Shown here piece by piece: positions 26,711-40,537 of a stretch of 64,000 nucleotides of DNA. The notes beneath the pieces are model-generated. The model worked only from the letters and a program-made list of their open reading frames with translations, searched no databases and was not told where the DNA came from. The position numbers and the translations under genes are program-made. How positions within the stretch are numbered: the first letter of the stretch is position 1; the number at the start of each line of letters is the position of its first letter. The stretch covers positions 20,885,561 through 20,949,560 of the forward strand of contig NC_068999.1 of NCBI RefSeq assembly GCF_001194135.2. The letters run 5' to 3'. This DNA comes from Octopus bimaculoides. Its lineage: Eukaryota.

Positions 26711-27809
26711 CACTCAAGTGTGTGCTTTCAAATGCATGTATGTAAATGCTTTTGTGTACGTGTGTATGTGTGCGCGTGTTTGTGCGCATGTTATTTGGTA
26801 CGTTTTTCTCCAGCATCTAATATGCTACCGAAACAAGTAAGAAAGAATATATATTTAAGATCTACGTTGAACCAACAAGATCAATCGTTGATTGATATTC
26901 TCCTTAGATCTATTGGAAACGTTACTACATTGGTAATTCTTTTGTACCAATAAGGTCAATATAACCCTAGAATTTTTTTTTTATTGTCTATTGGAAATAG
27001 CATAAATCTTTGAACATCAACAAATACTGCGAGATGTAGTGGTGAGTAATTCTAATGATTTCGTTATACATAAATTTGCATATATCATTTGTCTTGAAAT
27101 AAACTCAAAGCGGAGGACTAGTGTTCCGTAGTGTTCCAAGTCGAGGCTAAATAATTTATCATTAAATGTTAAGTGTACTTGTGTCACCAAACAATGGCAG
27201 GACCCAACGAATAGCGGTTGCGAAACGGTTAGCTAATAACAGTAAATTGTGCATACTAATCTCTCTGTATGCCGTAAGAAGATGTAAATATTTGGCTCTA
27301 GAACAACTTTGTTTTCTCTCATTGACGAACATCTACTCTTAAAAGTTCAGTGTTCACGTCTCACTACCACATACGAATTTTACTAAACGATTTTTTGCCA
27401 ACACACACCACATTTAGTTTACTTGCTTCATTTTAATTTCCTGTGTTTATTCATTGTTAATAACAGAAGTCTAGTTGTCATTACACTTCAGAGTATTTTC
27501 TCTTTGTTATACCTGTTATGCTCGACTGTATATAAAGGATATTTCACAAATAAGTACCAAGTGACAAATTTATTGGCGAATCTATGTTGACCAAAGATAA
27601 CAGAAACGTGAGTTCTAACGGTTGAGCTATTCATGAGTTCTATTTTTCCCCGTTCGGAACTCAGTATTTATTTTGTATGCCTTTCGTACTTTCATTATAC
27701 TCACCACTAAATTACCAGCTATTGAACGTGTACATATCTGCAAGCCGCTTCCCATTATTATCATATTTGTCATCATCATTGCAAACTACAACTTATCCCT
27801 TCACTACTA

Positions 27810-27970
27810 CTGGTTTCAGATTTTAGCACAAAGCCAGCAATTTCAGGGGTTAGTCGATTACATTGACCCCACTGCTCAACTGTTATTTATTTTATCGAAC
27901 TCCCAAGGGACGAAAGGCAAAGTCGACCTCAGCGGAATTTCAGCTCAGGAATAAAGATGGACAAAAAACC
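27810..27970 (-). mobile_element. Second SINE family (Meta-domain-like core)
   Basis: The minus strand has ttccgctgaggtcgactttgcctttcgtcccttgggagttcgataaaataa, similar to the Sauria/MetaSINE-type core. Related copies lie at about 9010-9380, 47690-47830, 52885-53230, 61280-61345 and 63900-64000. Confidence 0.7.
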
Positions 27971-28613
27971 GAGTTACATATCTGGTAAGAAACACGTCTC
28001 TCTTGAGACAAAGCTATAAATTTATATTTTTATTCATATTTTCCCATCATCATCATCATCAACAACACCACCACTTAGTTTTTATTTCTTTCTTAATATT
28101 TCTATATTCATTTACTTTCTCATTTTTAACAGCTGTGTTAGTATATTTTACCTTACAAACAGCGATAAATTCAAGGCCACTGACGTCACTCAGCTGTCTC
28201 TTGCGTATTTATATAACAAGTTAAAGGTTGTTAAGTAACCCTGACCTTCTTTACGTTGGACCCACAGTTTTGATAATTATGTTCACACCTAGTGGGTATT
28301 TTATAGCGATTTCGTTTCCTTTTTTTTTCCATTTTTATTATTTTTACTTTCTAATTGAAATTAGAAAACTGACTTTGAGAATTAGATTTTCTTGTAACAG
28401 CTATCAGGCAAATGTAGAATTAGATATAGCTTCATTTCAAAGATGATCATTGTAAAAAAGAAGAAAAAAGGAACTGATTAGTTTATGTTTCTCTTAATTT
28501 TATGTTTTCGAAATGAATAATGATTCTTAATATTCAGCTTAATGGGTATTTCTATTGTGCTTGGGTAGATATATGGATGGGGGGAAGGATGAAAATATGG
28601 ATAGATGCACCGA

Positions 28614-29127
<514 letters not shown>

Positions 29128-29159
29128 TGATTGATTAATTCATTCATTCATGATGTTGT

Positions 29160-29560
29160 CATGTTATATCTAGCGCAAGGGAAACTACCTGCTGCTACCC
29201 CGCTTGCAATCTATGTCTACTACCACGCCTACCCGCTAAACCTGACAGCGGTTGACTGTGTACAGCACGTAAAACCAAGTAAGAGGGCCATACTACAATA
29301 TTTGTTTATGGTTCAGTCCATTGTGCACCAGCCCTTCAAGCATTCGCAGAAAGAAGATGGACAGCCAGGAAAGTGGAAAGATTATCCAACATACAAAGAT
29401 TTGTCAACGTAAATGTAAATGACATTACAGTGAGCTGCAGGCTTTTCTTTACATTGGGTACTTCACGATATTTCAGTGTGGATAATATGTCACCGTGAAG
29501 AGAAAGTAAAATTAAGCCACTTTGATAAAGTTTCTGTGCAAAATTTTGTGCTCCGTTTGT
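29160..29560 (+). mobile_element. Probable relic of an Academ-type DNA transposase C-terminus
   Basis: ORF 29131..29412 contains QHVKPSKRAILQYLFMVQSIVHQP..QKEDGQ..W. This resembles the LPPT..AL.QH.KRA..Q..W.QS..QP..GW.KE..W motif that precedes the Cys-rich finger in AcademX-like proteins. The assignment is from memory and the sequence is decayed. Confidence 0.4.
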
Positions 29561-31149
29561 CATCTTTCGACAGAAGCTTCTGCCTAAGACAATGTAATAT
29601 TCATTGGATATGAATGTAGCAGACGAATTTATATTGGGTATCTCTGAGTATCTTGATGTCGAACGTAATAAGCAAAACGGTTAAAATAACTGTCATATAA
29701 TGAAGCAACAGGATACGTTTGTGTCTGTGTTTGTTTGCGTGTGTTTGTGTGTGTGTGTTTTTATATGTGTCTGTGTGTTTGTGTGTCTATGTTTGTGTGT
29801 GTTTGTGTATGTGTGTATGTCTGTATGTGTGACTGTGTGTCTGTGTTTGTGTACTGTGTTTGGGTGTCTGAGTGTGTGTCTGTGTGTGCGTTTGCGTGCG
29901 TGTGTGGGGGCGGTTGCAGAGAGAGTGTGTGGTGTCAGTGTGGCCATGATGTTCCAGTAATACAACGAACTAGATTTCCTATTTATTTACTTGTGAATGT
30001 GCAACTGCATTGCATAATGATGCACTTGCATACTAGTGCAAATGTATACATAATTTCCTGATTAGTGAAGTTAACATTACATACAGAAAATTGCGAAACG
30101 GCCGTAATCCTATGGAAAACACTTTGTTAAATGAATAAAAAATATATTCAATGCTCAAACCACTGGCTTTACGCTTATGCATATATATATATATATANNN
30201 NNNNNNNNNNNNNNNNNNNNNNNNNNNNNNNNNNNNNNNNNNNNNNNNNNNNNNNNNNNNNNNNNNNNNNNNNNNNNNNNNNNNNNNNNNNNNNNNNNNN
30301 NNNNNNNNNNNNNNNNNNNNNNNNNNNNNNNNNNNNNNNNNNNNNNNNNNNNNNNNNNNNNNNNNNNNNNNNNNNNNNNNNNNNNNNNNNNNNNNNNNNN
30401 NNNNNNNNNNNNNNNNNNNNNNNNNNNNNNNNNNNNNNNNNNNNNNNNNNNNNNNNNNNNNNNNNNNNNNNNNNNNNNNNNNNNNNNNNNNNNNNNNNNN
30501 NNNNNNNNNNNNNNNNNNNNNNNNNNNNNNNNNNNNNNNNNNNNNNNNNNNNNNNNNNNNNNNNNNNNNNNNNNNNNNNNNNNNNNNNNNNNNNNNNNNN
30601 NNNNNNNNNNNNNNNNNNNNNNNNNNNNNNNNNNNNNNNNNNNNNNNNNNNNNNNNNNNNNNNNNNNNNNNNNNNNNNNNNNNNNNNNNNNNNNNNNNNN
30701 NNNNNNNNNNNNNNNNNNNNNNNNNNNNNNNNNNNNNNNNNNNNNNNNNNNNNNNNNNNNNNNNNNNNNNNNNNNNNNNNNNNNNNNNNNNNNNNNNNNN
30801 NNNNNNNNNNNNNNNNNNNNNNNNNNNNNNNNNNNNNNNNNNNNNNNNNNNNNNNNNNNNNNNNNNNNNNNNNNNNNNNNNNNNNNNNNNNNNNNNNNNN
30901 NNNNNNNNNNNNNNNNNNNNNNNNNNNNNNNNNNNNNNNNNNNNNNNNNNNNNNNNNNNNNNNNNNNNNNNNNNNNNNNNNNNNNNNNNNNNNNNNNNNN
31001 NNNNNNNNNNNNNNNNNNNNNNNNNNNNNNNNNNNNNNNNNNNNNNNNNNNNNNNNNNNNNTATATATATATATGAAGCAATATACATATAGATATATAC
31101 GCTCACAGACACACACATACATACACACACACGCATACTTGTGTGTGTA

Positions 31150-31190
<41 letters not shown>

Positions 31191-31999
31191 GTGTGTGTGT
31201 GCGTGTGTGCGCGCGCGCGAGTGAAATAATTTCTTTGGTCCGTCTTGGACGTTAGGAGTTTCAAAGCAAAATAAATTTATTTCTCTTTAATACTACTCAT
31301 CACATTGCATTTCATAATTAATACAAATTTCCATCCTTCTGTCGAAAATATATAATTCCTTAATTTTTGTTTGTATTTTGAGGTGACGATATTTTCCAAA
31401 TAAGACGCAAAATATTGCCAAACTTAAGGTTTCTAATAACAACTAACAGACTTGAAGAATGCATGGAACCATATGGATCAAACAGCATTTTGTATTCATG
31501 GCTCGTTTAATCTGGTGACTTGTTTAAATAATTAATTTCCATGTAGTTTCCCTGCTTTGTCTCAAGAAAACAATCCTGCAGAAAATCAAAATATAAAACT
31601 TACTCTTCAAATAGAAACCAAATACTGTTGTTGCTACACTTGAATGTGGTAAATATGATAATTCACCAACAAAGAAACGACATATTTATGAAAACGAAGG
31701 GACAGCGGAAAAAAGACACGATTAATGCTGCAATAGATGCCAATGGAATAATCGTGTTGCTTGACAAACAAGAGAAAAATGCACACGCTATTAAACTTCG
31801 ATTTTAATCCATCTGATGATTATATTTTCTTTTCTACGTTTTTAAGAGTTTCCGATCGATCATGTAATCGGACGTTATTGACACAGTACAGCTAGTTAAT
31901 ATGTTGTATCTATTTAGATAAGGCTTATCACATTCTTTTCGATCTCTTTAAGCTCCCTATCTTAAACTGTTTCTGTAATTTTAAACTCTGAAGTAAATC

Positions 32000-32520
32000 A
32001 CAAGACGCGTTCAAACATAAAAATAGTATTAAACCCTGATTTATTCGAATAATCAGCTGGGTACAAGCGTTGAAATGTCAAAATCTATGGCAATCCTTCC
32101 ATACAAAATTTCAAATAACGTGAGAAACCTCATTGCGAAAAAAGTAAAAAAGCAGAAGACATTATAGCCAATAAATTTATCCTTGAACTCTTATTACCTG
32201 GTTCTCTCAAGCGAAACTCTTTAGCATTACGAAAGATGACCTTACATCTCGGAATATCGAAGAATTTTACGCTTGTATTCGCTTGCTTGATTAAAGCAAT
32301 AATATCGTCAGAGAAGACTTCTCAAAATTAATCAAGGCGAAAATTTTATCAGGCATGTGCGACCCCCATGTTTTTCTCAATTTATGCGGGATTCTTCAAA
32401 TTGCTGTAAGCTTTCAAAAGCTCTCTTATTTATTTGAGAAACTCTTCAATAGGCATCATTCGTAATCACCATGAAAGATTTATGGGCCTAGATGCAATTG
32501 TGCACATGGTTTGTTTTTTC
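32000..32520 (+). mobile_element. Decayed hAT transposase C-terminal dimerisation domain
   Basis: CDPHVFLNLCGILQIAVSF and HERFMGLDAIVH resemble CD...FPN...LLQIA.TLPV...ERSFS...TM.EERL.GLAL..IH. Confidence 0.5.
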
Positions 32521-33087
32521 ATTGCATTAACTATCTGTATTGCTGATCCTGTTTCTCCTAAACAGCTTGAACTTCCCGATAAATGTGTCTCTTCATGACA
32601 CGTACGTAAAAGTGATATTTTATCCTTGCAAACTTGGACACGTACATATTTACGTCATTCAAGAAAATGTAACAAACTTTGCTTTAAATAAAATCACATT
32701 GTTCTTGAAAACAGTAGATATTGCATAATGGTGTCCTAGATAAAGTTTAATAATAGATTAATAATAAAGTTTAATAATAGTGGGAGTTGGCTTGGAAAGC
32801 ATATGATTAATTTGATAGAAAATGGAATGTTAATATATAAAAAAATGAAGCATTGTAATTATTCATTCGATATTCGAGTTAACGTAGTTTCATCTTTCTT
32901 TGAGTAAATTTTGAATTACCAGCAAACTTGCAGGGTATTTTGTTAGATACGAAAATCATTTCATGGGCAAATATCAGATATAACAATGGCTAATATAAAA
33001 GTATTTTACTAAAACTCTGTAAGTTGTAGTGAACACATGATATTAACGGATGTTCTAGATATGTATGAACTAGAAGGATGAAATATA

Positions 33088-33304
33088 CGAGGGGTTTCTG
33101 AAAAATTCCATGCTTTAAGAGTTTCGCGAAAGGCCTAGTTGAAAACCCAACCTTCCGAGTTCTTTTACCGGGCTTAAAAAAGCTGAAGGGCTGCTGCATT
33201 AAGTGTGTGAGTCTCAGAAGGGAATACGCTGAATGAAATCATGATTATCTGATACTCTTTTATTTTATTTTACTCAAAGCCAGGAACTGTTCAGTTCCCC
33301 CTCG
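33088..33304. mobile_element. Mariner-derived MITE (217 bp, TA target duplication)
   Basis: TA|cgaggggtttctgaaaaattcc ... ggaactgttcagttccccctcg|TA: imperfect ~22-bp TIRs, TA on both sides and no ORF. Confidence 0.85.
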
Positions 33305-34225
33305 TATAAAACCAATGCCTCAAGTAGTGTTAGAATCATTTAAACAAAAGAGTTAACTATACATATTTATAAACAGTATTCTTAAGATATACATTTCACA
33401 GGATCATAGGAATCTAATTCCGGTTGTATTCAATATTGTTCTCATTAATCTTACAAATTACAATTCGATTACTTTTGAAATATCTTTAACATCGACCGAG
33501 TATGTTGCCGAACTTTAGTGAAAGCAATACGACATCACATCATACTCTATACCATTGGCGCTTCCATTTCTGAATACTTTAATATTCAGGACTATGTTAG
33601 GTCAAAACCAAATATTTTCAGATATATCGTCACATATGTTGCTTCCAATTTGATATCACAAAAAATTATATGCAATATATTTATAAACTACAACGCAGCA
33701 GGATACTTTCCTTAAATATAATTGTATGAAAAAAATTAGTATCTGTGTCTTAATAAAACACTTCTGGACAAAGACTACAGTACATCTAAGCTACAATAGA
33801 ATAATTCCGAAAAACTTACTATATCAATGAAAGATACGAGACAGAATTTTTATCTGAAAATTGTATGTATGAGCATTGACATACACTTAATAGTATTAGA
33901 AACATATATGAATTAAAATGGCTCCCAATGCGACTGTATTCACATTGCTTACATTTCAGGACTACTCATGAGCATGCTGAGTATGTATGTATATATGTAT
34001 ATAGAGTATACACGTATGTATACACATATGCATATATTCAGAAATATATACATATATCTCTAAATGCATACATATATAGTGCTTTTATATTATGTAGATA
34101 TGTATATGCATGCATACTATAAATCTCTCTCAAGCAGCCCTCTCCCACACAGACACACATATCCACACTCACACACATTTATGTATATCTATATATCCAG
34201 AGAGAGTTGGCGAAAGACGTATATC

Positions 34226-34260
<35 letters not shown>

Positions 34261-34865
34261 TGGTGCATATATAAAATCTTCTAACTTACGCTCTTTCTTA
34301 CCTTACTTTTGTGTTAAATAATGTCAGACACAGCAAATTAAAAGCAACGCTATAATCCTTGTCTTAAAAGTGCAGCATATTGCTACAGAGATAGCACTCT
34401 TCATCGAAGTTACCCGATTCTTAGTCATCAAAGTTAGAAAGGAGCTGGAAGCTGCTGACGGGGATCCAACATCAACAGGTAAACTCAAAACATATGCATA
34501 GGCCTCTAGTACCGCCAGAACACATAATTTGTAGGAAACGTTCAAGAAATAATTGATGAAAGCACAGAAATTTATTCAGAGTCGTTGCAAAGGTCCTGAA
34601 AGTTTTACAATACACCATAAGAAGATTTGTATGAGGAAATCCGGTACAAGTTGTATGCGATGCAGAGAGGGGCCCGTTTATGTCGAATGTAACAATAGAT
34701 AATCATTTGGTCTCGACAAGGCGCTTGCTAAACTAGTTAAAAGACTAAGTGGCTGGAATGCTTTTTAATGAAAAGAAAACTTCGTTGAAGAGCAAAAACT
34801 AACCTAAATGAAATACAGATGATTATGCAGAGACCTGAATGAGGTTCCAAACTTCATGCATACTA

Positions 34866-36129
34866 CTTGGTCGTCAAGTATGAAATTTCTAGAAAAGATA
34901 AAAAGTTTGCTAATACAAGGAATAGTTTTATTCATCAAAGTATGCACCCATATTGTCAATACATTTCTGCCATTTTAGCGGTAGCTTGTCCAGCCCGGAA
35001 CTGTAAAAACCTGGCAATCTAGAGTCAATAAAATCTTGGAAGGCCTGTTTTACAGCATCGTCGGAATTAACTGTTTTCCTATCAAAAATTATCCAAATTC
35101 TGGACGAATTGGTAGTCAGTGGGGGCAACATTAGGTGAGTATGGTGGATGGTGGAGAACTTCCAACTCCAATTCCTGTAGTTTTGCCAATGTCATTTTTG
35201 CGATGTGTGGTCTGGCGTTGTCTTGCAATAAAATAGGAGTGTATCTGTTGACTAATCTAGGCTGGGTTCTTTTTCTTTTGTAAGTTTCTGCATCATTTGG
35301 TCCAGTTGGCTGCAGTATACTTCGGCCGTGATTGATGAGCCAGCTTTAATGAAATCATAATGGATCACACCTGCGCCAGACCACCAAGCACACACCATCA
35401 GCTTCTTTTGATGATTTTTTCTTTTTGGACTGCATTTTAGTGGCTCGTCGTTGTCCAACTTTTGTGCTGATCGTTGACGGTTGCTATATTGGATCCATTA
35501 CTCATCACATGTATCAGTTCGATTTATAAATTATTCATTCTTGTGACGAGAAAGTAGCATAATAAAGTCTTCCAAACGTTGTTGTTTCTGATTTTCATTG
35601 AGTTCATGTGGAACCTACTTATCCAACGTGTTTACTTTACCGATTTGAAGTAGGTGAGTTAATATTATTTGCTTCCTAACACCAAACAACGATAATTCAC
35701 CAGCACTTTAAGATTGATCTGACTCGACGGTGGCTTTCAGTCCGTCATTATCCACCTTTGTTTCTGGTCGACCGCCTTGCTCATTTATGAGGCCAAAGTT
35801 ACCAGAACGAAATTTTGAAAACCAATTTGATACTATCTTCTGTGTAATAACATTAGAATGGAATATACCATTAATATTCCGAGTCTGTGATGCTGTATTT
35901 CCAAGAAAGAGCTCATATTTCAAAACTGTTCGAATTTCTGACATATCCATCTCTAAACAGTAACAAAACGAATTATAAATACTTTATAAAGTACAAAATG
36001 AGTTACAATAAAGAAATAAATGTGTCAGCTTTCTAACAAAAAATATTGTTAAAATATAATAATGGCGCAAAATGAGCAGCTGTCAAAGTTTACCATGTTT
36101 GACAACAAATTTCGTACTTGACGACCCAA
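34866..36129 (-). mobile_element. Full-length (1264 bp) but inactivated mariner, cecropia/Hsmar1-like
   Basis: ~23-bp TIRs (cttggtcgtcaagtatgaaattt and aaatttcgtacttgacgacccaa) are each flanked by TA. Transposase pieces include MDMSEIRTVLKYELFLG..GRPETKVDNDGLKATVESD, PKRKNHQKKLMVCAWWSGAGVIHYDF and HPPYSPNVAPTDY. Confidence 0.93.
34928..35950 (-). pseudogene. Mariner transposase pseudogene
   Basis: ORFs 35708..35950, 35252..35458 and 34928..35131 are collinear pieces of one ~340-aa mariner transposase broken by stops and frameshifts. Confidence 0.9.
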
Positions 36130-36696
36130 TAAATTCCCAGTAAGTGAGCATTCGTTCTGGACATCGTCATTCTTCCTCACTTTCTTGCACACGTCTTAAG
36201 AATCAAAGCTGTGGGGAAAGTTATGGGGCCCTGGATAAACAGAGTACGCAACGAAAGACCGTCCGCCTTCCAAGAAGACTCTGCGCCATCGCATATAACT
36301 AGGACAACCCAAGCATTGATGCATGCCAATATTCATGACCATGTTATATCAGACCTATGGTCACGCAGCGTCAGACCTATGGTCACCTAAATCCACTGAA
36401 TTATAACGTAAGGTACATAGTCGAGAGATGGGTCATTCAACGCCCCCATAACTCCATAAAATCTCTAAACACTGCCATAATCAGAATTATGTCCGTAATT
36501 GATAAAGATCATCAGATTCGTGCATGCCAATTCTTTCAACTCCGTATTGAAGGCGCTAATAATGTTAAGATAGGTTCATTGAATATGTGCGGTAAAAGAA
36601 ATCTCAAGAATATTTGTATTATTTTCAAATACAGCTTTTCTTTGTTAAGGAAAGCTGTATAAATAATGACCTAAAAAACTGACGCACGAAATGTAA

Positions 36697-36798
<102 letters not shown>

Positions 36799-39429
36799 CT
36801 GTCTGTCTGTATGTATGTATGTATGTATGCATGTATGTACGTACGTATGTATATATGTATGTTTGATGCTACAATATTTCTGTTTATATAATACTAAAAT
36901 TGCAAGTGATTCTCTAACTGCTCCTAGATTTTCTTCAAACTTTTTTTTCTAGAGGGAAATATTCCGAATCATAACAACGTTATGCTTAAAATTTCCAACT
37001 TATTTTCCAACTAAAACATTCATCTATTTAGAAAACCTTGATTTCCTGCTTATGGTGGATGTTTTCCCATAAAATAAAACACTGCGTTATTATATTGAGA
37101 GGATATTTCATAAGGACTCATGGTGCATAAAAGCATTCGACTTTATGTCATTCAAAAACGAGAATCGTTTGATACGGCAGCCGGAACTGTAAGATCATGT
37201 AACTTCATCCTGCTATGGGTTCCTCGGGGACAGATGTCCAACAACGCGATAACAGCCGAATCTCCCGTCAACGGTATATAGAATCTTCTTTGCTCTTATG
37301 CACCATAAGTCCTCATGAGAGTTCCTCTCAAGATAAATAAGGCAGTATTCCTTGTTCTAACTCAACGTTCACGTTAAGAGGGAGATAAAGATTAATATTT
37401 TTTAATTAATACTGCTTCATTATCTATTAATAAGCCCATTGCCTATTTGCGACACCAGAGTCTGCATAGACACTTAAATTCTATTCATATCCTTGACCCA
37501 GCTGTTATTGTGCTGCGGGACTTCTGTAACTAAAGGGCCACAGCAGGGAAAAGCCAAGTGTTCTGGAAGTCCCTGCGACAATAGTAGGGCATTCTTGTCT
37601 CTCAACGATATAACTACGTGTGCTTTTATGCATCACGTGTCCTTATGCGAGAACCTCTCAAGGCAAATAACGTCATATTATATATTCTAATAAAACCTCC
37701 AAGTTAATTTGGTGACCAAGATTACATTGTGGTATTAATGCAGCTTCTGTCACCATCAATTAGACATTTCATTAATTCTTATGCCATCAGGGAAAGGAAA
37801 CCATTTTCCATTCACACACACACACAGAAACGAAAGGGTTGTATAATTGTTTCACTGATAACCTTTATTTTAATGCCAGCATAATACAATTGTGGTGTTT
37901 GTGCAATATATTATGCAGTTTCTATGCTCATCAGGTAATATTTAAAACAGAGTGAAATAATGAAATCTAGAGTAATTTTTTGATCCTCAAGTAAGAGAAT
38001 TTAAACATTCCGATTTATTAAAATGTACAAAGTTACTGAGCCTAAAACTGAAAATTAAGTATAGCATACAACAGAAATAGGAGGAATTATAATTTGTGGA
38101 TATAGACCGTAAGATTAAGTCACAGAGGTTTATTCACATTGACAAAAGCAGTCAATCGGCGCTGAGAATCGCATTAACATTATTAGACATTTTCAGAGCA
38201 GATGATTAAAACAGCTCCTAAAATCTTTTTTATTTCAGTTCTGATTTATATACACACATATGTACCTACAAACTCACACCTGCACATATTTTTTTTTATA
38301 TATAAACGCGTACGCATACACGTATACATATCTGTATACACACACATATACATGTATATGTATAAATGCATACTTAAAATCCTAAACTTTGCACAAGTGA
38401 TTTAAGATAAGACAAAAGAATATTGCGTAATCCATACCAGTGTATTACACTTGTATCAAAATTAGATTCTCAATGAAACAATTGTCGCAACATTTAAAAT
38501 CAGTTCGTTTGATTGTATATTATTTCATGTCACATGAAATTGTCTTAGTATTCGTTAAATAACTTGCAGACATTTGTAATTGAGGATTACCCAAAAACGG
38601 CGTCTGAATTTCATTGATGCCTTCTGCACTGATAATGGATTCCATCACTGTCTGCCTTGCCTGATTCTGTCAAGCCAATCAGTAGTGTACTACACGTTGA
38701 TGGAACTTGATTCTTTATGAGTCCTATATAATCAATATGTATGTATGCATGTATATATTTAGTTCGAGTTACATGTGTTATTATTTAAAACAGTTCGACT
38801 CGTCTCCATCCGACTTTAGTTTACCCGTAATATAAACCTCAAAGAATGTATTTCCAATCAACGCTGCATATGTTTCTGCGCTGGAGGGGTGTTTATCAAT
38901 GTTATACCTAATACATAAATCCATCAGTGCGTCGTCAGGCTATTGATTTTATTGTTATTATTATTAACAGAATAAAGTTAAAAATACATATTAGAATAAA
39001 AATATAATTTTAAAAATATATAAATTACGAATATATTTTTAAAACACCTAAATCACAGTACCGACATATATAGAAAATGCTAAACCTATGGAAATCCTCA
39101 ACGACTATATTATAAACACATCAAACCCTACAGCCTACCTATGTAAACATTACTGGAATTAATAATTTAGTGTAAGATTTACCCCTATCTATACCAGTAT
39201 ATAGTACCGTTTCTTATGTCAAACGTAAGTTAATAGTATTTAAGAAAATTATTTAGTAAAAACAACAATATACGTTATAAATTTACTAAATAATACTCGT
39301 AAAAAATCTAATAAAAAATATCAATAAAGGAAGAATATTTATCGACATAATGTTTACTCCTCATTCCTGTGTAAATGGCTGCTCCCTCATCATGCAAAAT
39401 GAAAAACCGTTTTTCTCAGGTCAGGTATT

Positions 39430-39550
39430 TTAAGAGTAAAATTTAACACTTAACATTCTTTACTTTCCCTGCTGTAACGTACATGAAAGTGTCAACTTGC
39501 ACTATGTTCTATTTTTGTGAGGAATCCCAAGTGTTAAAATTTACTCTTAA
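39430..39550. repeat. 22-bp inverted repeat with one mismatch and a 77-nt spacer, MITE-like
   Basis: ttaagagtaaaatttaacactt (39430-39451) pairs with aagtgttaaaatttactcttaa (39529-39550); imperfect extension continues outward. Confidence 0.7.
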
Positions 39551-40134
39551 TTCACCTCAAGAAAACTTCTTTTCTTTTGACATGATGTAACACTTTTGTT
39601 CATCAATAAAGAACACGTCTGAAACAGCTGTAATAAACATCAACACATCTGTGTTATTGTTTGTTCTTCTCCTAACTCGAAGCAATCCATGCCTTGGATC
39701 TGGTGCCTATAGTCGCCTATGGTCGTCGCCGTGTGTGTACCCCTGTGTGATTTTGAGTACCCGTTTGGTATTTTTTCTGTTCTTCGGAATGTGTGCAAAG
39801 CTGGAGTCAGAAACCCGTATTTACTTTAGTAAGTACGCATATTTCAGTACATATTGTTAGTGTACCGGTGAGCTATGCTGGACTCTACTTTGGTGATTCT
39901 ACTTTTTAAATACCTGATACTATCGGATCCTGAAAAGTACAGATATATTTATATGCATACATGTGAGCGTGCATGTGTCTATATACGTTCGATACAACAA
40001 AATTCTTGGAAGTTTTGAAAGTATAAATTCCTATGTTGTTGTTACGGAAATACACATATTCTTAAGATGGCGTTGTAGAAGAACAAATGAGGCAACATTT
40101 CAATAATGTACAATCAATTCTCTCTTTTGCTCTT

Positions 40135-40344
40135 TTACTCTTTTACTTGTTTCAGTCATTTGACTGCGGCCATGCTGGAGTGCCACCTTTAGTCGAGCAA
40201 ATCGACCCCAGGACTTATTCTTTGGATGCCTAGTATTTATTCTATCGGTCTCTTTTGCCGAACCGCTAGTTTATGGGGACGTAAATGCACCAGCATCGGT
40301 TTTCAAACGATGTTAGGGAGACAAACGCAGACACACAAACACAT

Positions 40345-40377
<33 letters not shown>

Positions 40378-40537
40378 CATATATACGACGGCTTTCTTTA
40401 CGTCTACCAAATGCATTCACAAGGCTTTGGTCGGCCCGAGGCTATAGTAGAAGACACTTGCCCAAGGTGTCACGCAGTGGGACTGAACCCAGAACCATGT
40501 GGTTGGTAAGCAAGCTACTTACCACACAGCCACCCCT
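40135..40537 (-). mobile_element. Well-preserved full-length bipartite tRNA-derived SINE (CORE-like, internal microsatellite)
   Basis: On the minus strand: A-box-like tggctgtgtgg, B-box-like ggttcagtccc, CORE-like ccttgggcaagtgtcttctactatagcctcgggccgacc, internal (TA)/(TG), and 3' ccagcatggccgcagtcaaatgactgaaacaagtaaaaga tail. Confidence 0.9.

Larger units (their letters stand above)
34320..36695 (+). mobile_element. Degenerate maT-type (DD37D) Tc1/mariner transposon, interrupted by a mariner insertion
   Basis: The N-terminal half reads KVRKELEAADGD..EVPNFMHT and the C-terminal half KFP..PWI..FQEDSAPSH..DLW..LNPL(N)Y..RPHNSIKSLNTAIIR..HQIRACQ. D-to-D spacing is 37 after repairing a small rearrangement. 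Confidence 0.8.

Noticed and set aside
26814-27047. Acceptor/donor pairs giving 23-nt and 41-nt exon candidates
   Set aside because: The 41-nt candidate has stops in all frames, and the 23-nt candidate cannot be linked in phase to another supported exon.
37130-37270. CNFILLWVP, resembling a LINE RNase H motif
   Set aside because: Too short and lacks the GH..GNE.AD continuation.
40470-40537. tRNA-like A/B boxes here and in other SINE heads
   Set aside because: These are SINE internal promoters without a complete cloverleaf, not tRNA genes.
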